From: Bdellovibrionota bacterium
GTDB lineage: Bacteria; Bdellovibrionota_G; JALEGL01; DATDPG01
NCBI GenBank assembly: GCA_963668355.1
Contig: OY764265.1
Span: 480,001 to 544,000 of the forward strand
Direction: 5' to 3'
Length of the DNA stretch: 64,000 nt
Numbering within the stretch: position 1 is the stretch's first letter; the number at the start of each line of letters is the position of its first letter. The notes below the pieces were generated by a model that was not told where the DNA came from, ran no database searches, and was given only the letters and a program-made list of their open reading frames with translations. Of this stretch, positions 8,508 through 17,721 are shown piece by piece. Made by a program: the position numbers and the translations under genes.

Positions 8508-9452
8508 ATGTTCGTGCGCTGGACCATACTTATTGAAAAATACCGATCCATTACCAATTATGTCGGCACGGCGATTGTCGCTTGGATCTTGGCCGCCATT
8601 GTGGGGCAAGTCATCAATTTGGCCCTGCCCACCCCCTCTTCTTCTCAAGCAGCCGTTGCAACCAAGCGGCCAGACTCCTTTCTCACGTCTCGTTCTCGCA
8701 AACGTTCTCTGGACTATTACAAGGTCATTTGCGAACGAAACATCTTTGATTCTCAGAAACGGGCTTCCTGTGAAGAAACTCCGGTCGAGGTGGATTGCGA
8801 AGTGGATCCCCTTCATCCAAGTTGTGCCCCCAATGAACCTGCGAGCAATACACCCGTCAAAAGTGACATCGCCGCGACGCTTTTGGGAACGGCGGTCATG
8901 TACCCTCCCTCAAAGTCCTTTGCCACCATCTCTCCCAAAGGAAAAAGCGATTCCGAGACATATCGGATTGGCGATCGAATTCTGGATGAAGCTCGCATTT
9001 ATAAGATTGAGCGAAATCGCGTGTTTTTTAAACGCAATGGACGAAATGAATACCTGGAGGTCGACAACCTTCCTCAAATTTACACGAAAAACGCCTCCAA
9101 CAACCTTTCCAACGATGGAATCAAACGAGACGGAGACAAAACCATCGTTTCTCGGGCGAAAGTGGATTCGACGCTTTCGGATTTAAACAAAGTCATTCAA
9201 CAGGCCCGAATGGTCCCCAATTTTAAAAATGGACAAGTTCAGGGCTTTAAGATTTTTGCCATCCGCCCCCGGAGCATCTTCAAACAATTGGGTTTGCGAA
9301 ACGGGGACATCATTCATCGAATCAATGGGGCAGAAATCAATAGCGTTGAGAAAGCAATTCCAATGCTTCAATTGGCCCGCTCTGCTGATGAAATTCAACT
9401 GGACATCACCCGACGTGGAAAAAAACAAACCATGACGATTGAGATTCAATAG
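8508..9452 (+). CDS. gspC: Type II secretion protein GspC (HR + PDZ)
   Basis: N-terminal TM, ERNIFDS, HR domain, PDZ (GFKIFAIRPRSIFKQLGLRNGDII..ING). Start uncertain (ATG 8508 or GTG 8514). Confidence 0.9.
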   Translation: MFVRWTILIEKYRSITNYVGTAIVAWILAAIVGQVINLALPTPSSSQAAVATKRPDSFLTSRSRKRSLDYYKVICERNIFDSQKRASCEETPVEVDCEVDPLHPSCAPNEPASNTPVKSDIAATLLGTAVMYPPSKSFATISPKGKSDSETYRIGDRILDEARIYKIERNRVFFKRNGRNEYLEVDNLPQIYTKNASNNLSNDGIKRDGDKTIVSRAKVDSTLSDLNKVIQQARMVPNFKNGQVQGFKIFAIRPRSIFKQLGLRNGDIIHRINGAEINSVEKAIPMLQLARSADEIQLDITRRGKKQTMTIEIQ

Positions 9453-9467
9453 GCTCGGAGACTACTG

Positions 9468-12149
9468 ATGAAAACGACAAAACATATTCAATTCCTCCTG
9501 ATCGCAACATTGGCGTTCTTTCCTTTTCAAGTCTTTGCGGAAGCACAGGCCACAACTCCGGAAGAAGTGATGAAAAAGGTGCGAGACCTTGCCGAAGAAC
9601 AACAAGCGGCAAAAGCCAACGTCTCTGAAGAAAACCAACAGGAAACGGACGACCCCGAAGCCCAACGTCCAAACATTCCTCCAGCTCCTGAAACGGAAAA
9701 GCGAGATCCTGCCGAGTTGTTAAAAGCGGCGCGAAGAGCCTCAAGAAAGGCTCGCATGAGCAAGTTGAGCGAAGTGGGGCGTAAAACAACCGAAAAAAAG
9801 GCGACTGAGAAGGCAAAAAAATCGAAAAAAAGTTCTGTCTCCAAGAGAGGGGAGAAGGTCAATCTGGATTATGTGAATGCGGAAATTGGTGAAATCGCCA
9901 AGTCCATTGCAGAATTGACGGGAAAAAATTTCATCATTGACGATAAGGTCCGTGGAAAAATCACAATCATTTCTCCCAACCCTGTTTCGGTACACGAGGC
10001 GTATCAAGCTTTTGTTTCGGCGTTGGAAGTTAAAAATTACACCGTCGTCCAAGCCGGAAAGATGCTCAAAATCATTCCGCTGCGGGAAATGAAAAAGAGC
10101 CCGGTTCCGACAGACGTACGCTGGGCTGCCGGTGGAGACGATGCATTTGTCACACGATTGATCCAAATGAAATTTATTTCCGCTTCGGAAATCATGAAAT
10201 CATTGAAGAATCTCATCTCCAAAAACGGAGACATGATTTCGTATGAGCCCACCAATACGCTGATCATCACGGAGTCCGTGGGAAATATTCGACGGATCAT
10301 GAAAATTGTAAACCGATTGGACCAAGAAGGTTTTCAATCCAATCTGGAAGTCATTCGTCTCAAATATGCTCCGGCCTCCGACACCGCCGAAAAGCTCAAA
10401 CGAATTTTTGATTTGAAAGACAGCGGAATCAGCACACCTGCTGGTCGCAAGACGTCAAAAACCGTACGCAAGGCAACAGCTCCAACATCCGTTGAGTCTG
10501 GAGGCGATTCTCAATTCATCTCCAAAATCATGCCTGATGAGCGAACCAACTCCATCATTGTGTTGGCCAATCAAGAGGGACTCAAACGAATTCAAGAAGT
10601 CATCGAAAAAATTGACAGCAGCATTGAAGACGCCGCCAATCAGGGACGAATTCACGTTCATTATTTGCAATATGCAGATGCCGTTGAACTTGCGGGAACG
10701 CTAACGGGCATTGCCAGTCAAGTCGGTTCGCGATCTTCTTCCTCTTCTTCTCGCAGAGGCACAGACATGTTTCCACGAGCAGGATCCTCCAATGCTTCGA
10801 GAAATCGCCCCGCCCCTCCGACCAATAGCCAAGGTACAACCTCCGGCTCTTTGTTGGGTGGCGAAATCAACATCACGGCCGATGCCCCGACAAATTCATT
10901 GGTCATTACGGCTTCCTCTTCAGACTATAAATCCCTGCTTCCGGTCATTAACCGATTGGACGTGAGAAGATCTCAAGCGTTTATCGAAGCCATGATTGTG
11001 GAAGTCGACATCGATAAGGCCTTTGATGTTGGTGTGGCCAATCACGCAGGGGCTCAGTTCGGATCGAACGATAACACCACACTTTTTGGGGCTACGGGAT
11101 TTGGCTCGGATAGCTCTCTCTTTCTCCCCACAGATGTTTCGGCTTTGGGCGGTTTCACCTTCGGCCTGCAAGGGCGAACCGTGGACATCCCCGTTGCCGG
11201 GGGAGAAACTCTCACGATTCCATTATATGGATCTCTCTTTCGAGCTCTCCAAACCAACGGAACCATCAATCTTCTTTCCACCCCAAATATTCTGACGGCA
11301 GACAATACCGAAGCGGAGATCATCGTCGGAAATGTGGTCCCGTTTGTGACGGCCTCGGGAAGAGACATCAACAACCAACCCATCAATCAAATCCAGCGGG
11401 AAAACGTGGCCATCACCCTTCGTGTCACTCCCAAAATCAACGATTCCAATGACATTTCGATGGATATCTTTCAGGAAATCCAGGACATCGTACCGGGTGC
11501 GAATATCGAGACCTATGGTCCCACGACATCTACTCGCTCAGCCAAGACGTCTGTCATTGTGAGAGATGGACAAACCATCACCTTAGGGGGACTCATCAGT
11601 GATCGCGAAACCGACTCCGTGAGTAAAGTTCCCATTTTGGGAGACATTCCGATTCTTGGATGGCTCTTTAAAAGCAAGAACAAAACCCGAGGAAAAACCA
11701 GTTTGGTCATTTTCATGACCCCAACGATCATTCGAGAACCCGAAGATCTTGAGGCCATTACCATTCGAAAGAATGAAGAGCGAAAGGCTTTCTTGGAACA
11801 GAACAAGATGAAGGATCATCCGGGAATTTCGAAATACAATATGGACAAAAGCCTTCGGACCCCGCCTAAGAAGGACCTCCACGAGAAACCCATTCCCGCG
11901 GACAGCCCCACGGGATCCTTCTTACTCACCCCGCCTTCGAGAGCCATTCCGGAGGAGTCCATTGAGATCCACGAAGCGGAGATCCCTGTCGAAGAAACAC
12001 AGGAAATGGTCGCAGAAGATGTCGAGGAAACGACCGAAGGAAACACAGGGGAAATGACGGGAGAAGAGGTCCAAGCCGAAGAGCAGGACCCTTCTGAAAT
12101 CCCCCCAACTCTTTCGGAAGATTCCAACGATGAGGGGGAGGAATTATAG
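9468..12149 (+). CDS. gspD: Type II secretion secretin GspD (operon copy)
   Basis: Signal peptide, ~100-aa charged extension, N0-N3, QAFIEAMIVEV, KVPILGDIPILGWLFK, acidic tail. Confidence 0.95.
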   Translation: MKTTKHIQFLLIATLAFFPFQVFAEAQATTPEEVMKKVRDLAEEQQAAKANVSEENQQETDDPEAQRPNIPPAPETEKRDPAELLKAARRASRKARMSKLSEVGRKTTEKKATEKAKKSKKSSVSKRGEKVNLDYVNAEIGEIAKSIAELTGKNFIIDDKVRGKITIISPNPVSVHEAYQAFVSALEVKNYTVVQAGKMLKIIPLREMKKSPVPTDVRWAAGGDDAFVTRLIQMKFISASEIMKSLKNLISKNGDMISYEPTNTLIITESVGNIRRIMKIVNRLDQEGFQSNLEVIRLKYAPASDTAEKLKRIFDLKDSGISTPAGRKTSKTVRKATAPTSVESGGDSQFISKIMPDERTNSIIVLANQEGLKRIQEVIEKIDSSIEDAANQGRIHVHYLQYADAVELAGTLTGIASQVGSRSSSSSSRRGTDMFPRAGSSNASRNRPAPPTNSQGTTSGSLLGGEINITADAPTNSLVITASSSDYKSLLPVINRLDVRRSQAFIEAMIVEVDIDKAFDVGVANHAGAQFGSNDNTTLFGATGFGSDSSLFLPTDVSALGGFTFGLQGRTVDIPVAGGETLTIPLYGSLFRALQTNGTINLLSTPNILTADNTEAEIIVGNVVPFVTASGRDINNQPINQIQRENVAITLRVTPKINDSNDISMDIFQEIQDIVPGANIETYGPTTSTRSAKTSVIVRDGQTITLGGLISDRETDSVSKVPILGDIPILGWLFKSKNKTRGKTSLVIFMTPTIIREPEDLEAITIRKNEERKAFLEQNKMKDHPGISKYNMDKSLRTPPKKDLHEKPIPADSPTGSFLLTPPSRAIPEESIEIHEAEIPVEETQEMVAEDVEETTEGNTGEMTGEEVQAEEQDPSEIPPTLSEDSNDEGEEL

Positions 12150-14003
12150 ATGAAGTTCCCTTGGCAAAAAGATCCCAAGACCGTCATCATTGAAAATGAC
12201 GAAGTCACGCAAATTGCCGAGCCCACAAAAGTGGACGAAATTCCGGCCGAGCCTGAGATTCCGAGCGACATTTCCTTGGATGACACGACGTTGCCTCAGG
12301 GACTTAATCTTGGTGAGATCCTGCTTCGCTCCACAAAACTCACGCGGGAGCAATTGAATGAAGCTTTAACCGCCCAAAAGGAAAAGGGAAACTCAGAATT
12401 GCTTGGAGACATCCTGATCAAAAAGAAATGGATCACAGAAGAACATCTTCTCCATGCCTTGAGTTTGCAATCTGGCATCGAAATTCAAAAAGACCTTATC
12501 AAGGAAGATGTCGACGCTGAATTGATCAAAAAAGTTCCCATCAATTTTGCAAAAAAATATGGCATCGTTCCCCTCAAGAAAAAGGGCCTTAACATCATTG
12601 TGGCCATTTCTGACACGACAGATCTTTCTTCCATGGATGACCTTCGCATCCTATTGAAATGTGATGTTCGGCCTGTCCTTGGGAAAAAATCTGAGATCGT
12701 TCAAATGATCAACCGCGTCTATGACCGGGCCACACGCGAAGAAGATGATCTCATGGAGGACTTGGAGGGAGAGGGACTGACCAACATGGAGCTTCCGGAG
12801 ACGCAGGATCTTTTGGATAGCGAAGATGAAGCTCCCATCATTCGACTGGTCAATACGCTGTTATTTCGAGCGGTCAAAGAACGAGCCAGTGATATTCACA
12901 TTGAGCCTTTTGAGCGTGAACTTTCGGTTCGCTTTCGGATCGACGGCGTCATGTATGAAATCATGAAGCCCCCGAAACGAACGCAGGCGTCCATCAGTTC
13001 TCGAATTAAAATCATGTCTGACTTGGACATTGCCGAAAAACGAATTCCTCAAGACGGTCGAATCAAGATCAAAATTGCGGGTCGAGACGTTGACATTCGT
13101 GTTTCTGTCTTGCCCACCTCTTTTGGGGAACGAATTGTTCTTCGTCTCTTGGACACTTCTTCCGTCATCTTGGATTTGGAGGATCTTGGGTTCAATCAAA
13201 GACAATTGAGCGTCCTCAATAAAATCATTCATAAAAGTCACGGGATTTTCTTGGTCACGGGACCCACCGGTTCAGGTAAAACGACCACACTTTATGCGGC
13301 GCTTTCCAGAATCAATTCGCGGGATCGAAACATCATTACAGTCGAGGATCCCGTCGAAATTCAGCTTTCGGGGATTGGGCAGATTCAAGTCAATCCGAAG
13401 GTAGACTTAACGTTTGCGAGTGGTCTACGTTCCATCCTGCGTCAGGACCCTGACGTCATCATGGTCGGAGAAATTCGAGACTTGGAAACGGCAGAGATTG
13501 CCATTCAGGCCTCCCTCACCGGTCACTTTGTCTTCTCCACACTTCATACCAACGATGCCATCAGTTCGGTCACTCGTCTGGTGGATATGGGTGTGGAGCC
13601 GTTCATGGTGTCGTCCTCTTTGGTGGCAACCATGGCTCAACGACTCATTCGTGTCGTATGCCCTGATTGCCGTGAACCGTATGAGCCCACGGATCAAGAA
13701 CTCGAGGAATTACATATTTCCAGAGAACAAGCCAAACAGGGAAACGTTTATCGTGCAACGGGATGTCCCCAATGCTGGAACACGGGATATCGAGGCAGAT
13801 CCGGAATCTATGAAGTTCTTCCCATTGACGAAGAACTGCGCACGATGATCATTAAAAGTGCGGCAGCCAGTGAGCTGAAAGCTTTGGCTCTTTCCAAGGG
13901 GATGCTCACTTTGCGAGAAGACGGCGCCACAAAAGTATTGAATGGGACCACGACCTTTGAAGAAGTCCTGCGGGTCACTCAAGAAGAAATGAAGGTTGAA
14001 TAG
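12150..14003 (+). CDS. gspE: Type II secretion ATPase GspE with MshEN-like N-terminus
   Basis: ASDIHIEP, GPTGSGKTTT, TVEDPVE, LRQDPDVIMVGEIRD, TGH..STLHTN, tetracysteine motif. Confidence 0.97.
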   Translation: MKFPWQKDPKTVIIENDEVTQIAEPTKVDEIPAEPEIPSDISLDDTTLPQGLNLGEILLRSTKLTREQLNEALTAQKEKGNSELLGDILIKKKWITEEHLLHALSLQSGIEIQKDLIKEDVDAELIKKVPINFAKKYGIVPLKKKGLNIIVAISDTTDLSSMDDLRILLKCDVRPVLGKKSEIVQMINRVYDRATREEDDLMEDLEGEGLTNMELPETQDLLDSEDEAPIIRLVNTLLFRAVKERASDIHIEPFERELSVRFRIDGVMYEIMKPPKRTQASISSRIKIMSDLDIAEKRIPQDGRIKIKIAGRDVDIRVSVLPTSFGERIVLRLLDTSSVILDLEDLGFNQRQLSVLNKIIHKSHGIFLVTGPTGSGKTTTLYAALSRINSRDRNIITVEDPVEIQLSGIGQIQVNPKVDLTFASGLRSILRQDPDVIMVGEIRDLETAEIAIQASLTGHFVFSTLHTNDAISSVTRLVDMGVEPFMVSSSLVATMAQRLIRVVCPDCREPYEPTDQELEELHISREQAKQGNVYRATGCPQCWNTGYRGRSGIYEVLPIDEELRTMIIKSAAASELKALALSKGMLTLREDGATKVLNGTTTFEEVLRVTQEEMKVE

Positions 14004-14005
14004 CC

Positions 14006-15223
14006 ATGCCGGTTTATGAATACAAAGCCGTCAATTCGGCAGGGAAAAACATCAAAGGTGTGATTGACGCTCCCAACCCATCTGAAGCGAGAGGACGATT
14101 GCGAAAAGATGGTGTTTTCCTTACAGAAATTGCGGAGTCTCAAGCGGAAAGCGGGGAAACGGCTCCGGGAAATATTCGTTTTTCGCGCGGGGTTTCCACA
14201 CAGGACATTTCCATCATGACGCGACAACTCGCGACTCTCGTAGGTTCTGGAATTCCCATTGCCGAATCTCTCAAAGCTCTGGTGGATCAAGTTGAAAACT
14301 TGCGACTCAAAGGGGCTTTGTCCGATGTTCGAGAGCGTGTCACAGAAGGTATGAATCTGGCCGATGCCATGAGCAAACATCCGAAAGTTTTTTCTCCTTT
14401 GTTTGTAAACATGATTCGTGCCGGTGAAGTTTCGGGTGCCTTGGAAATTGTTTTGAATCGCTTAGCCGATTACACAGAGAACCAAAGTCGCCTTAAAGGA
14501 AAGATCGGTTCTACGATGGCGTACCCGGCCATTATGTTGGTCATCGGGGCGGCAGCTTTGGTCATTATTTTCACCTTTGTCATTCCCAAACTCGTAAAGC
14601 TCTATGAAGATTTGGGTCAAGCCCTCCCCCTGCCCACACAAATTCTCATTGGCATCAGCCGTTTCATTACGGGCTATTGGTGGCTTTTGATTTTTCTCGT
14701 CGTGATCTCCATCTTTGGATTTCGGGCCTTTATTAAAAGCAAAAAAGGCCGAAAAGTCTGGCATCGATTCCTTTTGAAGATGCCCATTTTTGGTTCTCTA
14801 TTTCAAATGGTCGCGGTAAGTCGATTCGCCAACACACTTTCGACTCTGCTGGCCAGTGGTGTTCCCATTTTGTTGGCGATGGACATTGTCAAAAATGTCG
14901 TCAACAACGTCATTCTTTCCGAAGTCATTGAAAATGTACGTACGAATGTTTCGGAAGGTGACAGCATTGCAGAACCTCTTCGCCGTTCAGGCGAATTTCC
15001 CCCATTGATCACACACATGATCGCCATTGGAGAAAAGACCGGTGAGGTCGAGGCCATGCTTTCAAAAGCTTCGGAGACCTATGACAATCAAATTGATGCC
15101 AAGGTCTCCACGCTGACCTCGTTAATCGAACCCATCATGATCGTGATCATGGCTGTGGTTGTTGGCTTTATCGTGTTCAGTGTCATGTTACCCATTTTCC
15201 AAATGAACCAAGGAATCACGTAG
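14006..15223 (+). CDS. gspF: Type II secretion inner-membrane platform protein GspF
   Basis: MPVYEYKA, TRQLATL, AGEVSGALE, YPAIM, LPLPTQ, IGEKTGE, LIEPIM. Confidence 0.96.
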   Translation: MPVYEYKAVNSAGKNIKGVIDAPNPSEARGRLRKDGVFLTEIAESQAESGETAPGNIRFSRGVSTQDISIMTRQLATLVGSGIPIAESLKALVDQVENLRLKGALSDVRERVTEGMNLADAMSKHPKVFSPLFVNMIRAGEVSGALEIVLNRLADYTENQSRLKGKIGSTMAYPAIMLVIGAAALVIIFTFVIPKLVKLYEDLGQALPLPTQILIGISRFITGYWWLLIFLVVISIFGFRAFIKSKKGRKVWHRFLLKMPIFGSLFQMVAVSRFANTLSTLLASGVPILLAMDIVKNVVNNVILSEVIENVRTNVSEGDSIAEPLRRSGEFPPLITHMIAIGEKTGEVEAMLSKASETYDNQIDAKVSTLTSLIEPIMIVIMAVVVGFIVFSVMLPIFQMNQGIT

Positions 15224-15232
15224 GAGGAAAAA

Positions 15233-15700
15233 ATGCGCAAGATTCGTCGAAATATGTTTAACGAAATGATCCGTCGAAGCTCCGGCTTCACACTGGTCGA
15301 GCTCATTGCCGTCATGATCATCATGGGCCTGTTAGGTGGAGTTGTGACCATCGGGATCAATGCTCAAGTTCAAAAAGCCAAGAAGAGAACCGCCATGACA
15401 CAAATTTCACAATTTGGTCAGGCGATTTCGACATTCCACTTAGATTGTGGATTCTACCCGCTTTCTTTGATGAGTCTCATCAATGCCCCGAGTTCGGGAC
15501 GTCGATGCAAGGGCTACACAGAGGGTGGATACTTGAACAAACAAGAGATCCCAACCGATCCTTGGAACAATAATTACAATTATGCGGCTCCCGGACTACA
15601 TAATCCGAGTTCCTATGACCTCTGGTCCAATGGCCCTGACGGAGAAGAAGGCACCTCTGACGACATCGTCAGTTGGGCTTCGGAGGCTGAGGAAGAATAA
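15233..15700 (+). CDS. gspG: Major pseudopilin GspG
   Basis: G|FTLVEL class III signal, DPWNNNYNY, SNGPDGEEGTSDDI; SD AGGAGG. Confidence 0.95.
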   Translation: MRKIRRNMFNEMIRRSSGFTLVELIAVMIIMGLLGGVVTIGINAQVQKAKKRTAMTQISQFGQAISTFHLDCGFYPLSLMSLINAPSSGRRCKGYTEGGYLNKQEIPTDPWNNNYNYAAPGLHNPSSYDLWSNGPDGEEGTSDDIVSWASEAEEE

Positions 15701-15705
15701 ACTTC

Positions 15706-16332
15706 ATGTGTCGACGCTCCAAAGGCTTCACCCTCATCGAGTTGATGTTTGTGCTGGTCCTCTTGGGAATTTTGTTCCGGTTTACCGTTCCCAAGGCTTC
15801 CAACTTGCTTCGCATTAACTTACGAAGTGCTGCGACGGAAGTCAGTGGATACTTGCGAGGGGCTTATGAGCAATCGATCATGCGACACGACCGGATCCGC
15901 GTTCGATTTGACTTGCAAAGCGGCCGATACTGGGCGGAAACCCATCGCCCCATGGAAACCATTCCTCTGCTCACCGCCGATACCGACCTTCCAAAAGCAT
16001 TTCAAGCCTTGAAGAAACGCGCGGAGAAAGAGGAACCCACGGAAGAGGAGCGATTGGAAAAACGTGCGGCTCAATATGAGCGCGTTCGAGAAGGAGCCTT
16101 GAAGACAGCCAAGCTCCCCGACAATATTCGCTTCCGAGGTGTTTACGTTTCGGGAACGGAGAAAACGATTACGGAAGGGGCTCCCTGGGTCGAATTCTCC
16201 CCTGGAGGATTTACACCCAAGGCCGTGATCTATGTCACCAACGACATGGAAGAGCAGTACAGCATCATACTCAAATCCATGAATGGACGACCGAAGGTGG
16301 AAAAGGGAGAAGTGAGGCCCGATGATGTTTAA
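15706..16332 (+). CDS. gspH: Minor pseudopilin GspH-like
   Basis: G|FTLIELMFVLVLLGI; position after gspG. Confidence 0.8.
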   Translation: MCRRSKGFTLIELMFVLVLLGILFRFTVPKASNLLRINLRSAATEVSGYLRGAYEQSIMRHDRIRVRFDLQSGRYWAETHRPMETIPLLTADTDLPKAFQALKKRAEKEEPTEEERLEKRAAQYERVREGALKTAKLPDNIRFRGVYVSGTEKTITEGAPWVEFSPGGFTPKAVIYVTNDMEEQYSIILKSMNGRPKVEKGEVRPDDV

Positions 16333-16969
16333 GCCTTCCCACATAAATCGCGTCGCGATTTCTTTTGTTTTTTTCAGGGGACACGCAACAAGTGCATGTC
16401 CCCCCAAAAACAAAAGTGGGTTTTCGTTTATCGAAGTTATTGCGGCCTTAGTCATTCTTTCGATTTCTCTGGTGGTTCTCTTGGATAGCCAAGGACGCTC
16501 CATGGATTTGGTGGGTAAGGCAAGATCTCTGGAAACCGCTGTGGGATTGGCTTCAACAAAAATCACGGAGCTTTCCCAGGAAGCAGAGAACCGAGGGGTC
16601 GAAAGTTTACGGGAAGATGAGCGTGGGGATTTCGATCAAGAAAAATATCCCACATATCGTTGGCATTATTGGATTCGACCAGTGCCGGAACCCGATTTTA
16701 AATCTCTCTTTTCCACGGCGACCGGAATCGCAGGCGAGGAAAACGAAACCGAAAACACGAATGCAGAACTTTTTGCCGGACCTCTTCAAAAAGTCCAAGA
16801 GGCTTGGGGAGATTCCATCAAAGAGTTACATGTTGAAGTTTCTTGGGGAAATGAACAAAAACCAAAAACGTATGAATTGGTGACTCACCTTTTGGTTCCC
16901 AGCGCCATGAATCAAATTTCTCAACTGGTAAACTCGTTTTCCTCTTTGGGAGGGGGAAGCTCACAATGA
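16322..16969 (+). CDS. gspI: Minor pseudopilin GspI-like
   Basis: G|FSFIEVIAALVIL, HVEVSWG; long leader, so start uncertain. Confidence 0.8.
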   Translation: MMFKPSHINRVAISFVFFRGHATSACPPKNKSGFSFIEVIAALVILSISLVVLLDSQGRSMDLVGKARSLETAVGLASTKITELSQEAENRGVESLREDERGDFDQEKYPTYRWHYWIRPVPEPDFKSLFSTATGIAGEENETENTNAELFAGPLQKVQEAWGDSIKELHVEVSWGNEQKPKTYELVTHLLVPSAMNQISQLVNSFSSLGGGSSQ

Positions 16970-17721
16970 AATCGAGGGGCTTCACAATCTTAGAGCTTCT
17001 CTTGGCGACGCTCGTTCTCTCCATCATTGGGACACTCACTTGGGGAGCCCTGTCGGCGACTTTTCGCACACAAAAAACCGTAAATGAGCGAACGGAAATT
17101 CAAGAAATGGGTACATCCATCATGATGAAACTTCGAGAAGACATTTCTCAGGCGTTTCATGTACGCGCAGCCAAAATGCTCACGTTTTTCCGAGGAGAAG
17201 ACAACTTCGACCAAGATCGCATTTCATTGACCTCACTCTCTCACACCCCCTCGGGACCGGACGTCCGAGAATCTGACCAGTGTGAGATCATTTATAAAAC
17301 GGAAAGCAATCCGGACGTTCAGGGGCTTTACTCTTTATTGCGTCGTGAGAATCCCGTTTTGGATGGAGAAATCGATGACGAGGAAGATTTCCTTACGATT
17401 TCCGACCGGGTGGTCCGTTTCAATCTTGAATATAAAAAAGATCGAGATTTTCGAAACGATTGGGACATTCGTGAAAGCGAACATTCCAACCAACTTCCTG
17501 AAGCCGTAAAAGTTACGCTCGTACTTCGAGATCATCGAGAACGAGACGAAGTCTTCGAAGCCCTCATTGATTTACCCATGGGAGAGACTCTTAGCCTGGA
17601 AAGCAGTGGAAACACGAACGCTTCCACCCCTCCCTCGTCTGGGTCCTCCTCAAACACAGGCCAAAGAAGATCCTCTCAGGGGGGACGAACCCAACCTCTT
17701 GGCAGAGGAGCCAACAACTGA
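16966..17721 (+). CDS. gspJ: Minor pseudopilin GspJ
   Basis: G|FTILELLLA, LREDISQAF, LPEAVKVTL. Confidence 0.88.
   Translation: MKSRGFTILELLLATLVLSIIGTLTWGALSATFRTQKTVNERTEIQEMGTSIMMKLREDISQAFHVRAAKMLTFFRGEDNFDQDRISLTSLSHTPSGPDVRESDQCEIIYKTESNPDVQGLYSLLRRENPVLDGEIDDEEDFLTISDRVVRFNLEYKKDRDFRNDWDIRESEHSNQLPEAVKVTLVLRDHRERDEVFEALIDLPMGETLSLESSGNTNASTPPSSGSSSNTGQRRSSQGGRTQPLGRGANN

Noticed and set aside
8338..9186. 282-aa plus-strand ORF overlapping gspC, and other long shadow ORFs (15820-16566, 31973-32731, 52239-52850, 55669-56361)
   Set aside because: They are alternate-frame or antisense to well-supported genes and show no recognisable motifs.
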